Part shown: one piece after another, positions 32,630 through 44,724 of the stretch
How the letters are laid out: every line of letters starts with the position of its first letter
Numbering within the stretch: position 1 is the first letter of the stretch
DNA from: Histomonas meleagridis 2922-C6/04-290x
Taxonomy: Eukaryota; Protista; Parabasalia
NCBI GenBank assembly: GCA_020184695.1
Contig: JAANOX010000017.1
Span: 310,001 to 374,000, forward strand
Length of the DNA stretch: 64,000 nucleotides
Reading direction: 5' to 3'
The notes under the pieces: generated by a model
What the model was told of the DNA's origin: nothing
What the model saw: only the letters and a program-made list of their open reading frames with translations
Database searches by the model: none
Made by a program: the position numbers and the translations under genes

Positions 32630-34268
32630 TTAACGTGATTCATTGATAACTTGTTCTATTGAAGCATTAGTTATTTCTATTTGTGGTATACCATCTGGTT
32701 CAATAGAACGAATTTTTAGTATTGCATCTTCGAAATATATACCTACTGGTAAAGCATTAGTACTTGTAGCTAAATAATTAGTGGTATTTACACAATTTCC
32801 ATGCAATTCTATTTGCATAGTATCTGTTGTTGAAATACCGCCTTGAAAATCTTCACCTTCAGCAAATGGTAATCCTATAAAGAAATTACTATTATCTTTA
32901 CCATGCCATTTCCTTGTTTTTGTTAATACCTCAGAGGCATTAGAAGTAAATCCGTAATAATATGGTTGTACAGAAGTTTTCAAATCTTCGTTAAGACTAC
33001 TTAATAAACTACTATTTAAATTAACACTATCCAATAACATATTAATATTTTTAGCATCATCTACTGTAGTATAATCTTCTAGTGGATACATTTTACCATC
33101 AATATTAAATCTATTATAATATATATGTGGATTTAGATAACATGTTCTACTGTATTGATTTACACGAAATACTGTGAATAATGTATCACAGCGTCTAATA
33201 CCAATTGTAGCAGCAGTATCTATTGATGATTTATCATAATTAAATTTTTGTGTAAAATCTCTTACTCGACATACATGAATAGGGAATAGTGATGGAACTT
33301 GAATATATTCAGATTCTAATACATCCATCTTTAACAAATATTCTGCTAATTTAATTTTTACATCTTTAGTTGTTTGAGTATTACATATAAATTGTAGTTG
33401 TTGTTTAGCATAAGAATAAGTTTTAGATGTGCCATTGCCACTAAATGATTTTTTGAGATTATTATATAATGTTTCGTATATATTGCGAAATCCTAAGTCT
33501 ACTGTCCCATTATTAATAATAATTTGAATACTATATATATATTCTTTTATCATTTTTATCAGTATCAATATCTATTTAAACATCATCATAATTAGGTATT
33601 GGTTCTATAACTAAATTTTGATATGAAGGCATTAATTTTATAGATTATTTACCTGCCCAATTAGAATAATATTACATATTTGAATAATAATAAAAAATAA
33701 CTCAATGGAATTCTTAAAAAATTTTCAACAGTAATTTATGAAGAAAAAAGGCTTATCGACGATAAATCAACATAGACACCAGGTACCATTGGATCATGTT
33801 TTCTGATTTTATCGTAGCAAAACAATCATTTCCAGCTTTAGCTTCATCAGATTATGAATTATAAAACATAAACCATTTATATTATGCATTAAAAATATCT
33901 TGTATCTTATCAGTATTACTATATATTTCATATTGATCAATAGCATCACAAGAACATATATATTTAATATAATATTTTTTGAATAATAAATCGCCTTGAG
34001 CAAGAACTGTAAAAGTAATCTCTTGTTATAATGTAATATATGAATTATCTAAACTAATAATTTCAAATCTATCAGTTGATATATCAACATAAGTAGTATC
34101 ACCATGAATATCACCAACATTTCCGTAAGAAGTAGCTGTGGTATATTCATAATCATCATATATAATTTCTGATAGTTTTAAACATACATCTATTGCATTA
34201 TACCAATCTTTCGAATTACCGCTCATAGCATTTATAACATTTGGTTGTTGATTTTGTAAAGCATACAT
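32630..34268 (-). pseudogene. Probable major capsid protein (double jelly-roll), decayed
   Basis: ORFs 34026-34328 and 32630-33568 plus the broken sequence between them give ~545 codons from ATG 34268. N-terminal TTYVDISTDRFEIISLDNSYITL resembles the Polinton MCP N-terminus; size and context fit. Confidence 0.55.
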
Positions 34269-34724
34269 TTTTAAACATGAAAAATATATAAATATGTTAA
34301 AAATATATACATTGTTTTTGAATATCAATACAAATTTATTTCTTCTTCGTTAGATTTTTTCAAAAAACCATTATATTTATTAATCATATCAGTGATTGCA
34401 GTGATATTACCTTCATTTTTTTTTTGATATATATAGTTGATTAAATATATCTCTGTACGATGGATTTTGCATTAAAAAGTTGTTAAACATAACTTCATTT
34501 CTATTTATTATTTATTTATTATTAATTAATAATTAATAAACAATAATTACAACAGCAGCAATTTGCTCATTGGATTTATCAGTAAATGCTATACTATTAT
34601 TGATATCATTTATAATATGCGCTTTTTCTATCTCTTATTTATGCTATCTGAACTTCACATAATCATCAGAACCTGCGTATTTCGACATTTCTTTATGATA
34701 TTATTCATTTTCATTAGATTTACG

Positions 34725-36203
34725 TCAATCATTTTTGTGCTTAATTTCTTTTTCTAATTCGATTTTTTGAATATCATTTTTGACTTTTGACTTCATTAGA
34801 TTTTCTATGTTATTGATGCTTTTGATCATATTTTGATTAGATAATTCATTAAAATTCTGTAATTTAGCTACAACATGTATACTTTTAATATATTCACGTT
34901 GTGCTTTGTCCTCCAATTCTATTAATGTATCATATGTTATTGTATTGTTTCTTTCATTGTTTTGGAGTTGTTTATACTTATTAATATCTGCAAAAAAACC
35001 TTGCATATGATATATATGTTTATTAAATATATTATCATATTCTTCTTGTGATATTAGTTGACGCTATTAATTTTTGTTTTTCTATGTCTTTTTTCAAATC
35101 ATTTTCATATTGTAATATATCATTTTCATATCTTGATTTCTCTAGTTCTTGTTGACGGATTTTTGCTATTTCATTAGCTTTTGTATAATCATCTGATAAT
35201 AATACCTTTTGCAATACTTCATTTTCATCATTTATTTTTTGCAAAAAATGAACTAATATTTTTACGATAATACTCATTTCTTTCGAGCTCAAATTGCGTC
35301 TCCCGTAATAATGATTTTGCTTCTGCTAATTGTGCTTGGATAGTAGCATTTTTATCTATTAATTCATCAATATCATTATCATGTTGTGTTTTCTTAAGCT
35401 CATATAAAATATTAAAATATTTTTCATTTTCTATTTCACGATGTTTGTTTAATTTGCGTTGCTCTTCTAGTTGTTTTTCAACATATTCTCTACCTGATTT
35501 TTCATCTTCATATAATTGCTGTTGGCGCTTAGTTTCTGCTAACATCACTTGTTTTTGCTTATTCAATAATTTTTTAAGTGCTAATTCAGTTTCTTTTTTA
35601 TTTTTTATATCATTAATTTGTTGTTGTCTGATATCATTATTATTTCTCATATTATGTATAACATCTAAATTAATATTAGGACATGTTTGTGACACAGATA
35701 TTGGCATAAGAGAATAAATTACTCTCAATTTTTGATCTAGCAGAGTTATTATAGTTGTTGTTATTAAAACGGTTAGTAGTTAGTATTATTTGTTGATTTA
35801 TTTATATGTTTTACTAATCTTCTGCGTAATGTTATCCTCGGTCTTTTATTTTTCTTATTTATTCTTTTAAAATATTTTTTTGGCATAATATTAATATTAA
35901 ACATTGCAGTAATGATATTTATTGATGTAGTACTAACTTTCTCCATCCTTTTTGTTTAATCAAATATTTATTATTATTATTGATATAAGACTTATTATAT
36001 TATTCATTCGGTTCAAGGTCATTATATGACCCGGCATCATTTGATGATGCTTTATTAACTACATCAGTATTTGTTTCATTTTCATTATATTCTGTATTTT
36101 CGTCAATATTTTCATGAATATCACACTTCATTTTTTTATATCTGTGATTTAATTTTTTCTGTTTATTCTTTGATTTTTCAATACGAGAATTCAATTTTAA
36201 CAT
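34725..36203 (-). pseudogene. Fragmented coiled-coil-rich ORFs of the element
   Basis: ORFs 34725-35006, 35035-35292, 35228-35728 and 36000-36203 are K/E/Q/N-rich and all on the - strand. Confidence 0.45.
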
Positions 36204-36541
36204 ATGTTCTATTAAAAATTGATTGTCAGATGAGGTTGTTATAGATTTTTTTTAATGATTTATTTTCAGCACTGTTAATATCATTTGACGCATTATTTTT
36301 ATTAATATTTTTTTTTAATATCATTCTTGAATTACCATTTATATATATAATATTACATCATAATACTTATTATCAATGTCATTTTCAGCATTATTAATTA
36401 TGATGTCTATTTCTTCATTAGTTAAATTATTGATGATTTTTATCTCTCGATAATTGTGTCAATATCATCAGTATTATTATCATTATTTTCAATTTCAATT
36501 TCTGTCTCAGTCATTTATGTAATGAAAAAATCATTATTTAT

Positions 36542-36977
36542 TTATAATAATCTTGCGTTTGACATATTTATTTGATTAGGAGGTTGTTGATCGACTGCTA
36601 GTTTGTTTTGATTTGATATATTATATATATTTTTTCCAGCATTTATGTTAGGTTGTACTTGATCACTAACATGTTGTACTCTATTAATTACTCTATCTGT
36701 TATTTGCTTGTTTCTGTCAACAGCGCCTCTAATCTTATTTTTTAATTTATATTCAAAAACTATATCATCTATTTGATCTTTTACCTGTTATCTTATCTTT
36801 TTTATTTCTAATAGTTTGTATTGCATCAGGTATTTTACTAATAATTTTACCACCTTTATTTATTATAGGTGATAATTTACCCCATATTTGTTTGCCTTTA
36901 TCAATAATATTTTCAACTTAACGACCGCCTCCTTGAACTAATTTTCTAATTCCTTCAAATATATTGCCTAATCCCAT
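36542..36977 (-). pseudogene. Element ORF with N-terminal MG and basic amphipathic helices
   Basis: MGLGNIFEGIRKLVQGGGR*VENIIDKGKQIWGKLSPIINKGGKIISKIP; one stop and one frameshift; absent from the ORF track. Confidence 0.5.
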
Positions 36978-37078
36978 TTTATTATTGAAAAATAACTCTT
37001 ATATATAATAAAATAAGTGAAATAAAGCGACATTACATGTGATATGGTATAAAGACCTTGGAAACATCTGTAAATGAT

Positions 37079-38167
37079 ATGATTGATAAAACACATTTTA
37101 AAACATATAAGCATGTGAAAAAACATGTTAAAAACGAACACCATGTTAAAGATGAAATCATTAAAAATATTGTAGATAAACGTTTAAAAGATAAATCAAT
37201 TAGAAGTAAGGATATTAAACCATATATGATAAAAATATTTAGTAACAGACCTAATACTTGGTTTCATGATCTATATGACAATGGTAAACACAATCCTCGT
37301 TATTGGCATATATTTATCGGAACTAATAATAGATATGTAGTTGTTCACCCTCTGGGTGGTAAATCTGTCAAAGATATTAATTATACATTAAAACAATTTA
37401 TTGATGAATATCATTCCGTAAAATTAACATCTGATGAAGAACCTGGTATTTTAGATAAAGGAAATGTAAAATTATTAACAGATAATAATGTTAGTATGCA
37501 TATTATTACAGATAAAAATCATAGTAATTTAGGTATTATTGACAGATTCATTAGAACATTACGTGATATGAATACTCCAAACGAGAAATCTAAACATCAA
37601 TCTCATGATGAAAAATATACTTATATAACACCAAAAAGTTATCATTCTGCTATAAAATGTTCTACGAAAAAAATGTTTAATAATAAAGATATAGACAGAG
37701 AATATATATTTAAGTGCTTAGAATTAGCAGAAAAACAACAACGAATTAAAGATTAAATTATTACAGTGAGCTGTTATGTAAAATATATATTGCCACCACG
37801 ACATGACGGTATTTACAAAAAACGTCATCAAATAAGTAGAAAGATGTATAAAATAGATAACAGAAAAGGACATATGTATACACTTATTGCTAGAGATGGA
37901 ACTGTCATAACTAAACCACGATATCAATTAATTGTTGTAGATAATTATCATCATAAACGCAAATTCGCGAATACTATATTTGGTAAGTGGAATGGTGAAA
38001 TTATTAAAATACTTAATTATGATGAAGGTAAAAATAAGTATACTGTTTTGTTTAAAGTTCCTGGTGAAAAATCTTATAAAGACACTATACCAGCAAGTTA
38101 TTTGCGAGGAAATACTCCTCAAGTAATGAGTAATATGGAACACCAATTCATTGGCATAAGCTCATAG
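37079..38167 (+). pseudogene. rve-type (retroviral-like) integrase with C-terminal chromo/SH3-like region, split in two
   Basis: TWFHDL, KLTSDEE, NLGIIDRFIRTLRDM; C-terminal EIIKILNYDEGKNKYTVLFKVPG...TIPASYL. Broken at 37756/37766. Confidence 0.8.
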
Positions 38168-38430
38168 AGCGAGAAAAGAATACCTTAAACAGAAATGATG
38201 ATGATTCAAGATATTTTTATATTGTTTTTGTAAAACATACTATTACAGTGGATTTATAGTAAATTCATAGTATGTCTTCGAAGTCCTGGATGTCCTAGAT
38301 TGTCCTGGGACGTAGAACTTCATTTGAAACTTACCCGCAACATGCAACTGCGCAACAACGCATTACAACACTTACAATAACTAAAAAGAATAATATTATT
38401 GATTAAAAAAAATATCAAATTTCTGTTGAG

Positions 38431-38726
38431 ATGGTTATTATTATTGAAGGAGTTACAACAATACCAAATGAAGGTCTCAGTCAATGGGAAACACTTCATA
38501 CGATTGAACTTAGTAATACAATTGAAAATATTGGTGCAAAAGCATTTTGTAACTGTTCAAATTTGATAAATATCACAATTCCAACATCAGTTACAACACT
38601 TGGGAAGCATTTAGAGGATGTATTAATTCAGAAATTGTCGAAATTTGTGGAAATATTGCAGAGATTGGAGATTAAACATTTTATGAATGTAAAAATATGC
38701 AAAGTATAATACTTCCGAATAGAGTG
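38431..38726 (+). pseudogene. BspA-like (TpLRR/LRR_5) fragment
   Basis: IENIGAKAFCNCSNLINITIPTSVTTLG, then after a frameshift AFRGC...IGD*TFYECKNMQSIILPNRV. Confidence 0.75.
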
Positions 38727-39327
38727 TGCTAACTGTACCTTTTTTGTACCCACTTTTTGGCGGTTATTCCCACAATTCTCCACTTTTTGAATGCGATGTG
38801 ATGACAACCGCCGAAAAATTTTAAAATTTGCCGAAAAAACAAATTTTTTAAAATTCCAAAAAACCCAAAAATTAAAAGTTAAAAATTTATAATTTTTATA
38901 CCAAACTGTAATAGATTATGCAAGGAAAGACATAAATGCATCATTAATTTCATATAATCCCTAATTTTGACGAAATTATTGAGCATTTAGAATTTTATTT
39001 TTATTTTTAAAATTTATACATATGGTTAAATTCACCATCTATTAGAACATATAAACTTTGAATTTTATTAATGAAAATTGATTCTATGTTTATGAATATG
39101 ATAACATATTTTTTTCATGTTTCGACTTTTTGTATGATGTAAAATATTTCAAATTAATATTATGACTTCGAAAGTGGCATTTTTGTAATTTCAATTGAAA
39201 AACGTTTACATAAAATTTTATGACCAAGTATGCATTCAAACACAAATATTTGTCAAAATATGTAGATTGTATTATTTATATTGGAAGTGATATGAACGTC
39301 GATTCATATTATTTTCACGACAAATTG

Positions 39328-39367
<40 letters not shown>

Positions 39368-39930
39368 TTTATCTAAATAGCATTATTTAATGAAGTTGAT
39401 TATGAGACTGTGGAATGTATTGGCACTTTTATATGCGCTATTATTAATTTAATTAAATTAAATTTTTAAATCTCAATTGAATTGCATTCAAAATTTAATT
39501 GATGATTATCAAAACATTATATGCTAATTTATGCATTTATTCATTTATAATTATTTATCATAATGTATTTTCAATATTTATCATTCATCATTAATTATTA
39601 TTAAACATTATATTTATCATTATTTATTATTGATCATTTATTGTTATATTTATTTATAAATAACATTATACATTACATTAATGAATAACAATATTAATAA
39701 CATTATACAATACATTGATGAATAATATTATACATATTGTCGAAATCAGCGGTTTTTGATCATTGTCAGACAACGCAAAGAGCTACAGTGCAGGCCACAA
39801 AAATTTGACCATGGAAGCTAAAAATTGTCCACTTTTTCACACAAAAATATCTGATCGTCTTTTTGGCATTAAAACTGTCCATTGGACATTAAAAATTATC
39901 CACTTTTAACCGTTGGAGAAAATATTAATT
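38727..39930. mobile_element. Possible non-coding transposon-end remnants
   Basis: GC-richer patches at ~38730-38830 and ~39740-39920 share a repeated CCACTTTT motif; the first abruptly truncates the BspA fragment. No transposase. Confidence 0.3.
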
Positions 39931-40778
39931 GTCATATTACTCCAACAAAAATTAATTGCAAAAAAATTAAATCAGTTGATTTATTATATATATTTTATAC
40001 ATTAGTATATCCTTTAAATATTGCTTGAAAATCTACTTTTGTTTTCTCCTAATTAATTTTTTGCTTTTTCCTCTCTTTCTTTCGAATTTTTATGATTGAC
40101 ATCTAATCACATTGAATCTCAATTTAGATCATTAATAATGCTAAAATTTATATTTTATATCATATTTCATTACATTAGATTTTTGTTTGCTAAAAAAATT
40201 TCTTATAATTTTTATATACAGACCTTTTTGCAATTAGGCTCAGCGAGGGTGACCCTCTATAACAAAAAATACATTAATTAATGCCAGCACTGTAAATTTT
40301 TGTATAAAGATGTAAATAATAATAATTTATATGGTAAATAATTATCAAATACAATTAGATATATAAAAATATTATAATATTATAATTATAGAATTAAATA
40401 AAATTCCTTTCAAATTTCATGAAAAATTATCATTGTATTCATTTTGCTCGATCTTTAAATTCAGAAAAACAACTTTAGGTACTGTTGTACTTCGGGGATA
40501 CTTGTTGCTTATAAATCTTAATATAAATAAATGTATGCTTGTATCTAAAAATTACATTAATCAATTTTTTCGTTTACTACGTGATTACATTAAAGGTATC
40601 TATACAACAATGAGAAAATTTGTATTTTACACAAGATCGTTAAAACTCAACGATCACTTTTTGCTTTAGCAAAACTTTTTCTGTTAAAAATTCAATTAAT
40701 TGACAGAAACGATAAAAACGGTTAACATTTCTTGATTACAACGGCTAATATTTATAAATATTTGTTTCTGATCATTTT

Positions 40779-41861
40779 CTAATTTATTGCTGCTGTTGAA
40801 TCTGACACCTCATTTCCAAGAGCACTTGACGACAAGTCCATTTTTGTGTTATCGTTTTGATTGAAGTTTGAGAACACTGCAGATGTTTTAATTCTGTAGA
40901 ACCATTTGTCTCTCGACACCTCCGACTTTGCCTTAAGTTCTATCTGAGTGATTCCTTCCTGCATCTCAGGACCCTTTGGAGTGAATTTGACACATTGAAG
41001 TTGTCCTTCGGTTGCTTGGATTACAATTACATTTTCGGGAGCCATAGTTACGTTGACGCCCTCCAACTGTATCAGACCTTTGGGTTGCTCAGTTCCTACT
41101 TCATCAATATTATTAAAATAATACAATGAACTATTCGTAAGAACAAAGTACTTAGGTCTGAAGCGAGCAAACCAATGACTTGGAGTTTTCTTTTGTAGCT
41201 CGCCTTTCATGCGAGGTGCTGATAATGCAAATGTATCAGCATTGCTAGATCGTTTCATAGCAAATGGTTGTGATTTAATGACATGATACATCTCAATTAA
41301 TTGCTTGTCACTGATAGTTTCTTGATCCATTGCCCCTCGAATATTTTCAATAAATTCATCTTGCGTCATATGCTTCGGAACTTTTGGATTATGTAAGTCA
41401 CTGTTGAGAAGAATAAGAGCATATGAAAGAATATAAACCTGATCACTTTCGATTTTGACATCTGGATTTTGTTTAACATATGCTTTAGCAAATCCTTGAA
41501 GAATACGATCAATTTGTTCTCCTTCCTTAGGTAAATGAAGGGATGACGATAAAGCTTTTCTTAAAGCATCTATTATTGGACCGTCCATTTTGATTTCGTC
41601 GAAATAAGCCAACAATATTTCTGAATTTCCTCTTCTTGACAAATACTCACCAATTTTGTCACCCAGTAATCCATCTACTGTATGTAATAAATGAGCGATA
41701 TTTTCAGGATCAGGATTTACATTATAAACATGGCAAAGGTCATTTATTCCTATTTTTGGGTTTGAATTGAAAGCGAATATTGCCGGCTGAGTTTTATCTT
41801 CGTCCTCTATTTCTTGTAGGATTTCATCCGGGATTCCGAAGTTCAATTCGCTCATAACCAC
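40779..41861 (-). CDS. Sec7 + PH domain ARF-GEF (cytohesin-like)
   Basis: KIGEYL, ALRKAL.SLHLPKEGEQIDRILQGFA, YILSYALILLNSDLHNP, followed by a PH domain ending RDKWF. Confidence 0.93.
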   Translation of the reverse strand: MVMSELNFGIPDEILQEIEDEDKTQPAIFAFNSNPKIGINDLCHVYNVNPDPENIAHLLHTVDGLLGDKIGEYLSRRGNSEILLAYFDEIKMDGPIIDALRKALSSSLHLPKEGEQIDRILQGFAKAYVKQNPDVKIESDQVYILSYALILLNSDLHNPKVPKHMTQDEFIENIRGAMDQETISDKQLIEMYHVIKSQPFAMKRSSNADTFALSAPRMKGELQKKTPSHWFARFRPKYFVLTNSSLYYFNNIDEVGTEQPKGLIQLEGVNVTMAPENVIVIQATEGQLQCVKFTPKGPEMQEGITQIELKAKSEVSRDKWFYRIKTSAVFSNFNQNDNTKMDLSSSALGNEVSDSTAAIN

Positions 41862-42063
41862 AGCAAAGGAAATGCCGATAGATAATTTCGAGACCGTTTA
41901 TTTCAAAAAACAACGAAAAGTTTATCGTTACGAAATTTGAGATCGCTTTTGAGTGATTCATTTAAAAAGGGATAACAACAACAAACGATAGAGCGGTTTT
42001 ACTATTGAAACCCACCTCAAAAAAACATTTAATTTTTTTTCAAAACTTAAAACTGCATATGCA

Positions 42064-44007
42064 TTAAGCAGGTGCATGTACAGCATGTTCATGATGCTCA
42101 TGATTTCTTAAATGCCTTGTAGACAACACGTTTTCCGTACTCCTCAAATTCTCCTTAAAGAAAGACATCAAGAAAGCGCCTATATTCCAACCAATGTTTG
42201 TGAATTCACTACTTTTTTCAGCGAATTGTTTATACTTCTGTCCAAACTTCAGATGTACGTTACCCAAATGTTCCATTATTAGTTCTAATGATTGCCTTAA
42301 TACTTCTGGTGTTGGCACTTCATATTTCGGAGGCTCTGAAGGTAAATCTGCGATTGAGAACACGAATTTTACTATTCTCGGGAAGAAATGTTTGATCAAC
42401 AAATTATTATTATGTGCAAATGAATCGAATTTACCCGAAAACAAGTTTAAGTTTAATGGCGTTTGTAACAATTGTGAAAATGGTATTAACACTTTAATTT
42501 GCTCAGTCTTAATTTCATAATTCGAATCAAATTGTATTGGGTCTGCAAGAATTGACGTAAGAAATCGTAAGCAGAAGAATCCAGAAAGAGAATTATATGA
42601 CGCTTGTTTCGAGTTCAGTTTCACGGCTGAAAATGACTTAAGAATTGATGCAAAGTGTCGAATTTGTGGCGAAATTCCAATTTCACTTGAATAAATATAA
42701 CGTAATATAGTAAATATTACAGATGAAATATGTTCGACTGACGCTGTGTTCATGTCGCCGGCTTTTTCTATAAATTGTACGGCCTTTTTCAGGAAGATTT
42801 GATAATATTGTTGCCCATATCGTTTGAAGAAAACTTTAAACATATTCGTTAAATGACTATTATTACGAACTATTGTACTTGCTAACGCATTCTCAAAATC
42901 AATAGATGTTAAGACTGTTAAAAGTTGATTGACTTTGCCTGCATGCGCAAATACATTTAAAAGGGCTTCTGCTAATGGTAATGATTTTGCAACAAGTGAT
43001 ACATCATTTTGTAATAATGATTTAACAACTAGTAAATCATCCGCTAGAAGCGCTTCATATAATGATAAAATTCCATTGTCTGGAAATGGTCGAGAAGAAG
43101 ATCCAAACATTAGAGGAAACGGTTGGGCGGTTGGCAAAAGTGCATCAGGCCAAAAAGTGCACGCGCTATCGTCAACCGGCGTAATGCGCTTGATGATTTC
43201 ACCGTTAGAAGAATGGATCTCAATGATTTTACCGCCTTTAGCAATAGTGATTGAATTAGCTTCGCCTTTGGTATGAAGAACAAGATTGTTGTTTTCAATT
43301 CTATATAATTCAAAATGATTGGATGTATTTATGGTAGCCCAAAAAAGTTTGTTTTCCGTAAAGACTTTACGAGTACGATGACAAAGACAAATGGCTTTAA
43401 GATGTGAATTCTTTTTGGATGATTCTCCACACCAATTATCTGGTGCTAATACACGTGAACACCAATGGATAACATTAATACCTGACTTACAATCGTGAAT
43501 CATTTTTATGATATAAAGTAAGAGAGCAGTCATCTTGGGATCTTCGGCTGGAAAAACTGGAGGCCATACACCCATAACATAAGAGAATGCATCGCTTGTT
43601 AAAATCTCTCTGATCACGCTAATGAAATCTTTGAGTAATGGTAATGGTTGAGATCGAGGATTAAATCTTGGTGAATTAAAAATTGCTAAAAGATCTGGAT
43701 AAGCTTCTGCAGCAGACTTTCCACCGATTTGTGGAATCAAATTTACATCATTATTATTTACCATATCTTCTATATTTTTGTTTGCATATTGGTTTAAGAA
43801 AAACATTGGCTCATCTGCTTTAATATAACAGTATTCATCAGGTGAAATGATGTCACCCATTTTTGGCCTTCTTGCTGTTGTTGCTGACCTAACTCTTCTG
43901 AGACGGGTGTTGGTATTCTGCATGATTAAGAGTCCAATATGGAGAACGATCGAATGCGATTGAAAAAATTCTTCCGCGAAAACAAAAAGTTGTTCAGAAA
44001 AAGTCAT
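42064..44007 (-). CDS. RasGAP-domain protein
   Basis: TIVRNNSHLTNMFK and SGFFCLRFLTSILADP match RasGAP motifs; PH-like segment upstream. Confidence 0.75.
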   Translation of the reverse strand: MTFSEQLFVFAEEFFQSHSIVLHIGLLIMQNTNTRLRRVRSATTARRPKMGDIISPDEYCYIKADEPMFFLNQYANKNIEDMVNNNDVNLIPQIGGKSAAEAYPDLLAIFNSPRFNPRSQPLPLLKDFISVIREILTSDAFSYVMGVWPPVFPAEDPKMTALLLYIIKMIHDCKSGINVIHWCSRVLAPDNWCGESSKKNSHLKAICLCHRTRKVFTENKLFWATINTSNHFELYRIENNNLVLHTKGEANSITIAKGGKIIEIHSSNGEIIKRITPVDDSACTFWPDALLPTAQPFPLMFGSSSRPFPDNGILSLYEALLADDLLVVKSLLQNDVSLVAKSLPLAEALLNVFAHAGKVNQLLTVLTSIDFENALASTIVRNNSHLTNMFKVFFKRYGQQYYQIFLKKAVQFIEKAGDMNTASVEHISSVIFTILRYIYSSEIGISPQIRHFASILKSFSAVKLNSKQASYNSLSGFFCLRFLTSILADPIQFDSNYEIKTEQIKVLIPFSQLLQTPLNLNLFSGKFDSFAHNNNLLIKHFFPRIVKFVFSIADLPSEPPKYEVPTPEVLRQSLELIMEHLGNVHLKFGQKYKQFAEKSSEFTNIGWNIGAFLMSFFKENLRSTENVLSTRHLRNHEHHEHAVHAPA

Positions 44008-44243
44008 TAATTTAAATAGATAATTTTTTTCTGCATTATCGCAAGCATGAATTTTATTTTCTTAAGTGAAATAGGTTAAAGTAAAGTTATTAGTGAATAA
44101 TATTGTTGGTAATAATTTGGTTTTCTTATAAGTTAATCATAATAAAAAAAAATTAGATTTTCGTAAATTTTAAACGTTATGGTCTTGCAATATAACGTGT
44201 TTTTTTGAGAGCTTTACTGACCGGTATTAACTTTTGTGAAAAA

Positions 44244-44627
44244 ATGAATGACAAAAGTATCATCGGCCTCGGACTTCTTGGTTTTGGCGTGTCGTTTTTT
44301 ATCATTGGAATTTTATTGCTTCTTGATAGGGCATTACTTGTAATGTCAAATATTTTAATTCTTTTAGCAATTTTAATTCTTATGAATCCAAAAGGCTTTT
44401 ATTCATTCGCAATACAGAAAGACAAACTTCATGGAACAATTGCATTTTTACTTGGTATTGCTTTAGTATTTTTTAAGTTACCATTACCTGGAATTATATG
44501 TGAAATTTGTGGTGCATATTGGTTGTTTGGTGGATTCCTTCCTCTCCTTTTCAAACTCCTTCTTAAGATACCATATCTTTCACGGATTTTACCATTCCTT
44601 GGTGGTGATGAAACATTACCTATTTAA
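44244..44627 (+). CDS. GOT1: GOT1/Sft2-family Golgi transport protein
   Basis: ATG 44244: IGLGLLGFGVSFFIIGILLLLDRALLVMSNILIL; four TM segments. Confidence 0.88.
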   Translation: MNDKSIIGLGLLGFGVSFFIIGILLLLDRALLVMSNILILLAILILMNPKGFYSFAIQKDKLHGTIAFLLGIALVFFKLPLPGIICEICGAYWLFGGFLPLLFKLLLKIPYLSRILPFLGGDETLPI

Positions 44628-44724
44628 TCAAAAGAGGTTATTGTTAATAGATAAAATAAACACTTCTCTCTCTTTTTCTAAAAACAAATTTATATCTAAA
44701 TATTTATTAACAAACATATTTCTG

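Larger units (their letters stand above)
30130..38340. mobile_element. Decayed Polinton/Maverick-like endogenous virus (~8 kb)
   Basis: Clustered packaging ATPase, probable minor and major capsid genes and rve integrase, nearly all with stops or frameshifts. Boundaries approximate; no TIR or TSD found. Confidence 0.75.

Noticed and set aside
30705-36977. Alternative genetic code (TAA as sense) in the element or host
   Set aside because: In-frame TAA/TGA stops co-occur with frameshifts, and host genes end normally at TAA; ordinary decay is simpler.
39338-39365. (ATT)n microsatellite, plus (TA)n near 62364-62386 and a short direct repeat near 39665-39735
   Set aside because: Ordinary low-complexity sequence in an AT-rich genome.
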